DNA of 64,000 bases. Source: an uncultured Candidatus Saccharibacteria bacterium. GTDB lineage: Bacteria; Patescibacteriota; Saccharimonadia; Saccharimonadales; CAZICT01. The notes under the pieces are model-generated. The model was given only the letters and a program-made list of their open reading frames with translations, had not been told where the DNA came from and did no database searches. The translations under genes and the position numbers were made by a program. The stretch spans positions 70,870 to 134,869 of the forward strand of contig CAZICT010000001.1 of NCBI GenBank assembly GCA_964537935.1. The letters run 5' to 3'. Positions 63,309 to 64,000 of the stretch are shown here, piece after piece (the stretch's first letter is position 1; every line of letters starts with the position of its first letter).

Positions 63309-63620
63309 GTGGAGCTGTTTGGTGCAGATGGCCGTCCATACCCTGAAAACGACCCCATGTTTGAGCCGGTGCCAATCACGCTTTTCCCGGAGATTTCAGA
63401 CCATTTATCGGCGTTTTCTTTTTATGGTTTCCTATTAGAGACTTATGATGACTATTCGACAGGAGAAGTAATTCTATCTGTAGAAGCGATTGTCGATACG
63501 CCAGCTGACAGAATTATGAGCGCCGTGACAAGCGGTGAACTATCCGAGATAGACTTTTATAAAATTTTCGATGACATCCCTCGCGACCAGCTTGAAAAAA
63601 ACTGGCCGGAATATCTCTAG
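63309..63620 (+). CDS. Hypothetical acidic ~100-aa protein inserted between nusG and rplK
   Basis: GTG 63309 (or ATG 63357); ORF only. Confidence 0.4.
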   Translation: MELFGADGRPYPENDPMFEPVPITLFPEISDHLSAFSFYGFLLETYDDYSTGEVILSVEAIVDTPADRIMSAVTSGELSEIDFYKIFDDIPRDQLEKNWPEYL

Positions 63621-63669
63621 ACAACAGAGGTAACTTGTAGTACAATTTATCAGTTACGCACTCCTGGCT

Positions 63670-63703
63670 AGCTGTAAGCAATTAGCTAATAGCTGTCAGC
63701 TAA
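63670..63703 (+). repeat. AGCT heptad array upstream of rplK; 63680-63703 matches 51120-51143 (22/24)
   Basis: AGCT at 63670, 63684, 63691, 63698. Confidence 0.8.
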
Positions 63704-63720
63704 ATTTACGGAGTAATTTC

Positions 63721-64000
63721 ATGGCTAAAGAAGTAAGAGCAAATCTTAAAATGAAAATTAAGGGCGGGCAGGCATCTGCAGCGCCGCCGGTTGGTAGCAC
63801 CCTCGGTCAGTACGGTGTGAATATGATGGATTTCATTAATCCCTTTAATGAAGCCACCAAAGATTACATGGGCAAAGATTTGACCGTTCACATCACAATC
63901 TATGAAGACCGTTCTATGGATTTTCGTTTCGTTACGACTCCAACCGACGATCTAATTCGTCAAAAATTAGGCGTCCAGAAGGGATCTGGCCGGCCTAATA
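63721..64000 (+). CDS. rplK: 50S ribosomal protein L11 (uL11), N-terminal part (runs off window)
   Basis: Own translation: MAKEVRANLKMKIKGGQASAAPPVGSTLGQYGVNMMDFINPFNEATK...; SD ggag upstream. Confidence 0.92.
   Translation, partial: MAKEVRANLKMKIKGGQASAAPPVGSTLGQYGVNMMDFINPFNEATKDYMGKDLTVHITIYEDRSMDFRFVTTPTDDLIRQKLGVQKGSGRPN

Noticed and set aside
1-64000. Looked for CRISPR arrays, IS/transposase, integrase, reverse transcriptase, rRNA, tmRNA, RNase P and SRP RNA signatures
   Set aside because: No regularly spaced repeat arrays were seen. No ORF has recognisable transposase, integrase or RT motifs. No hallmark strings such as GAGGAAAGTCC (RNase P) or a tmRNA-type Ala acceptor were noticed. 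The check was by eye only, so absence is not proof.

Overview
This 64-kb window comes from a compact bacterial genome using the standard code (TGA is used as a stop, e.g. rplV and rplM). By inference it is most likely a CPR/Patescibacteria organism of the Saccharibacteria (TM7) type. The grounds are: no rpmD between rpsE and rplO, no adk/map after secY, a GH15-GH57-GT4 glucan gene trio, Cys-free L36/L33/S14, and many 1-4 nt gene overlaps.

Gene content in order: radA (3' part), class A PBP, tyrS, a methyltransferase, recG, rsmD, tRNA-Leu, hisS, tig, clpP, rpoB-rpoC. Then the str cluster (rpsL-rpsG-fusA-tuf) and the S10/spc/alpha ribosomal clusters (rpsJ, rplC through rplQ, rplM-rpsI). Then trpS-rluD-holB-TPR, tRNA-Thr(TGT)/Tyr/Thr(GGT), rpmG, GH15-GH57-GT4, tRNA-Trp, a 5.5-kb accessory block (membrane protein, P-loop kinase, DUF45 peptidase, orphan histidine kinase, GT2), and secE-nusG-rplK (5' part).

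The housekeeping backbone is ordinary. The interest lies in what sits inside it.

1. Two paralogous 34/38-aa micro-ORFs are wired by ATGA/TAATG overlaps between rplV|rpsC and rplE|rpsN. A third, unrelated coupled micro-ORF lies between rplM|rpsI.
2. Small lineage-specific ORFs are inserted at almost every junction that is normally tight: rpsG|fusA, fusA|tuf, tuf|rpsJ, rpsJ|rplC and nusG|rplK.
3. A terminator/antiterminator attenuator with a leaderless Trp-containing leader peptide lies upstream of trpS, and an attenuator-like leader lies upstream of rplC.
4. The tRNA cluster shows an 18-bp duplication of the tRNA-Tyr 3' end. An intact tRNA-Thr(GGT) is nested between the two halves of another tRNA-like gene. 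A covarying hairpin is shared by both inserts.
5. A recurrent extended -10 promoter (cTGtTAAAGT type) often lies 6-10 nt from an SD-less ATG, suggesting leaderless mRNAs.

No CRISPR array, transposase, integrase or rRNA gene was seen. All calls come from reading the sequence and the ORF track. No database search was run.
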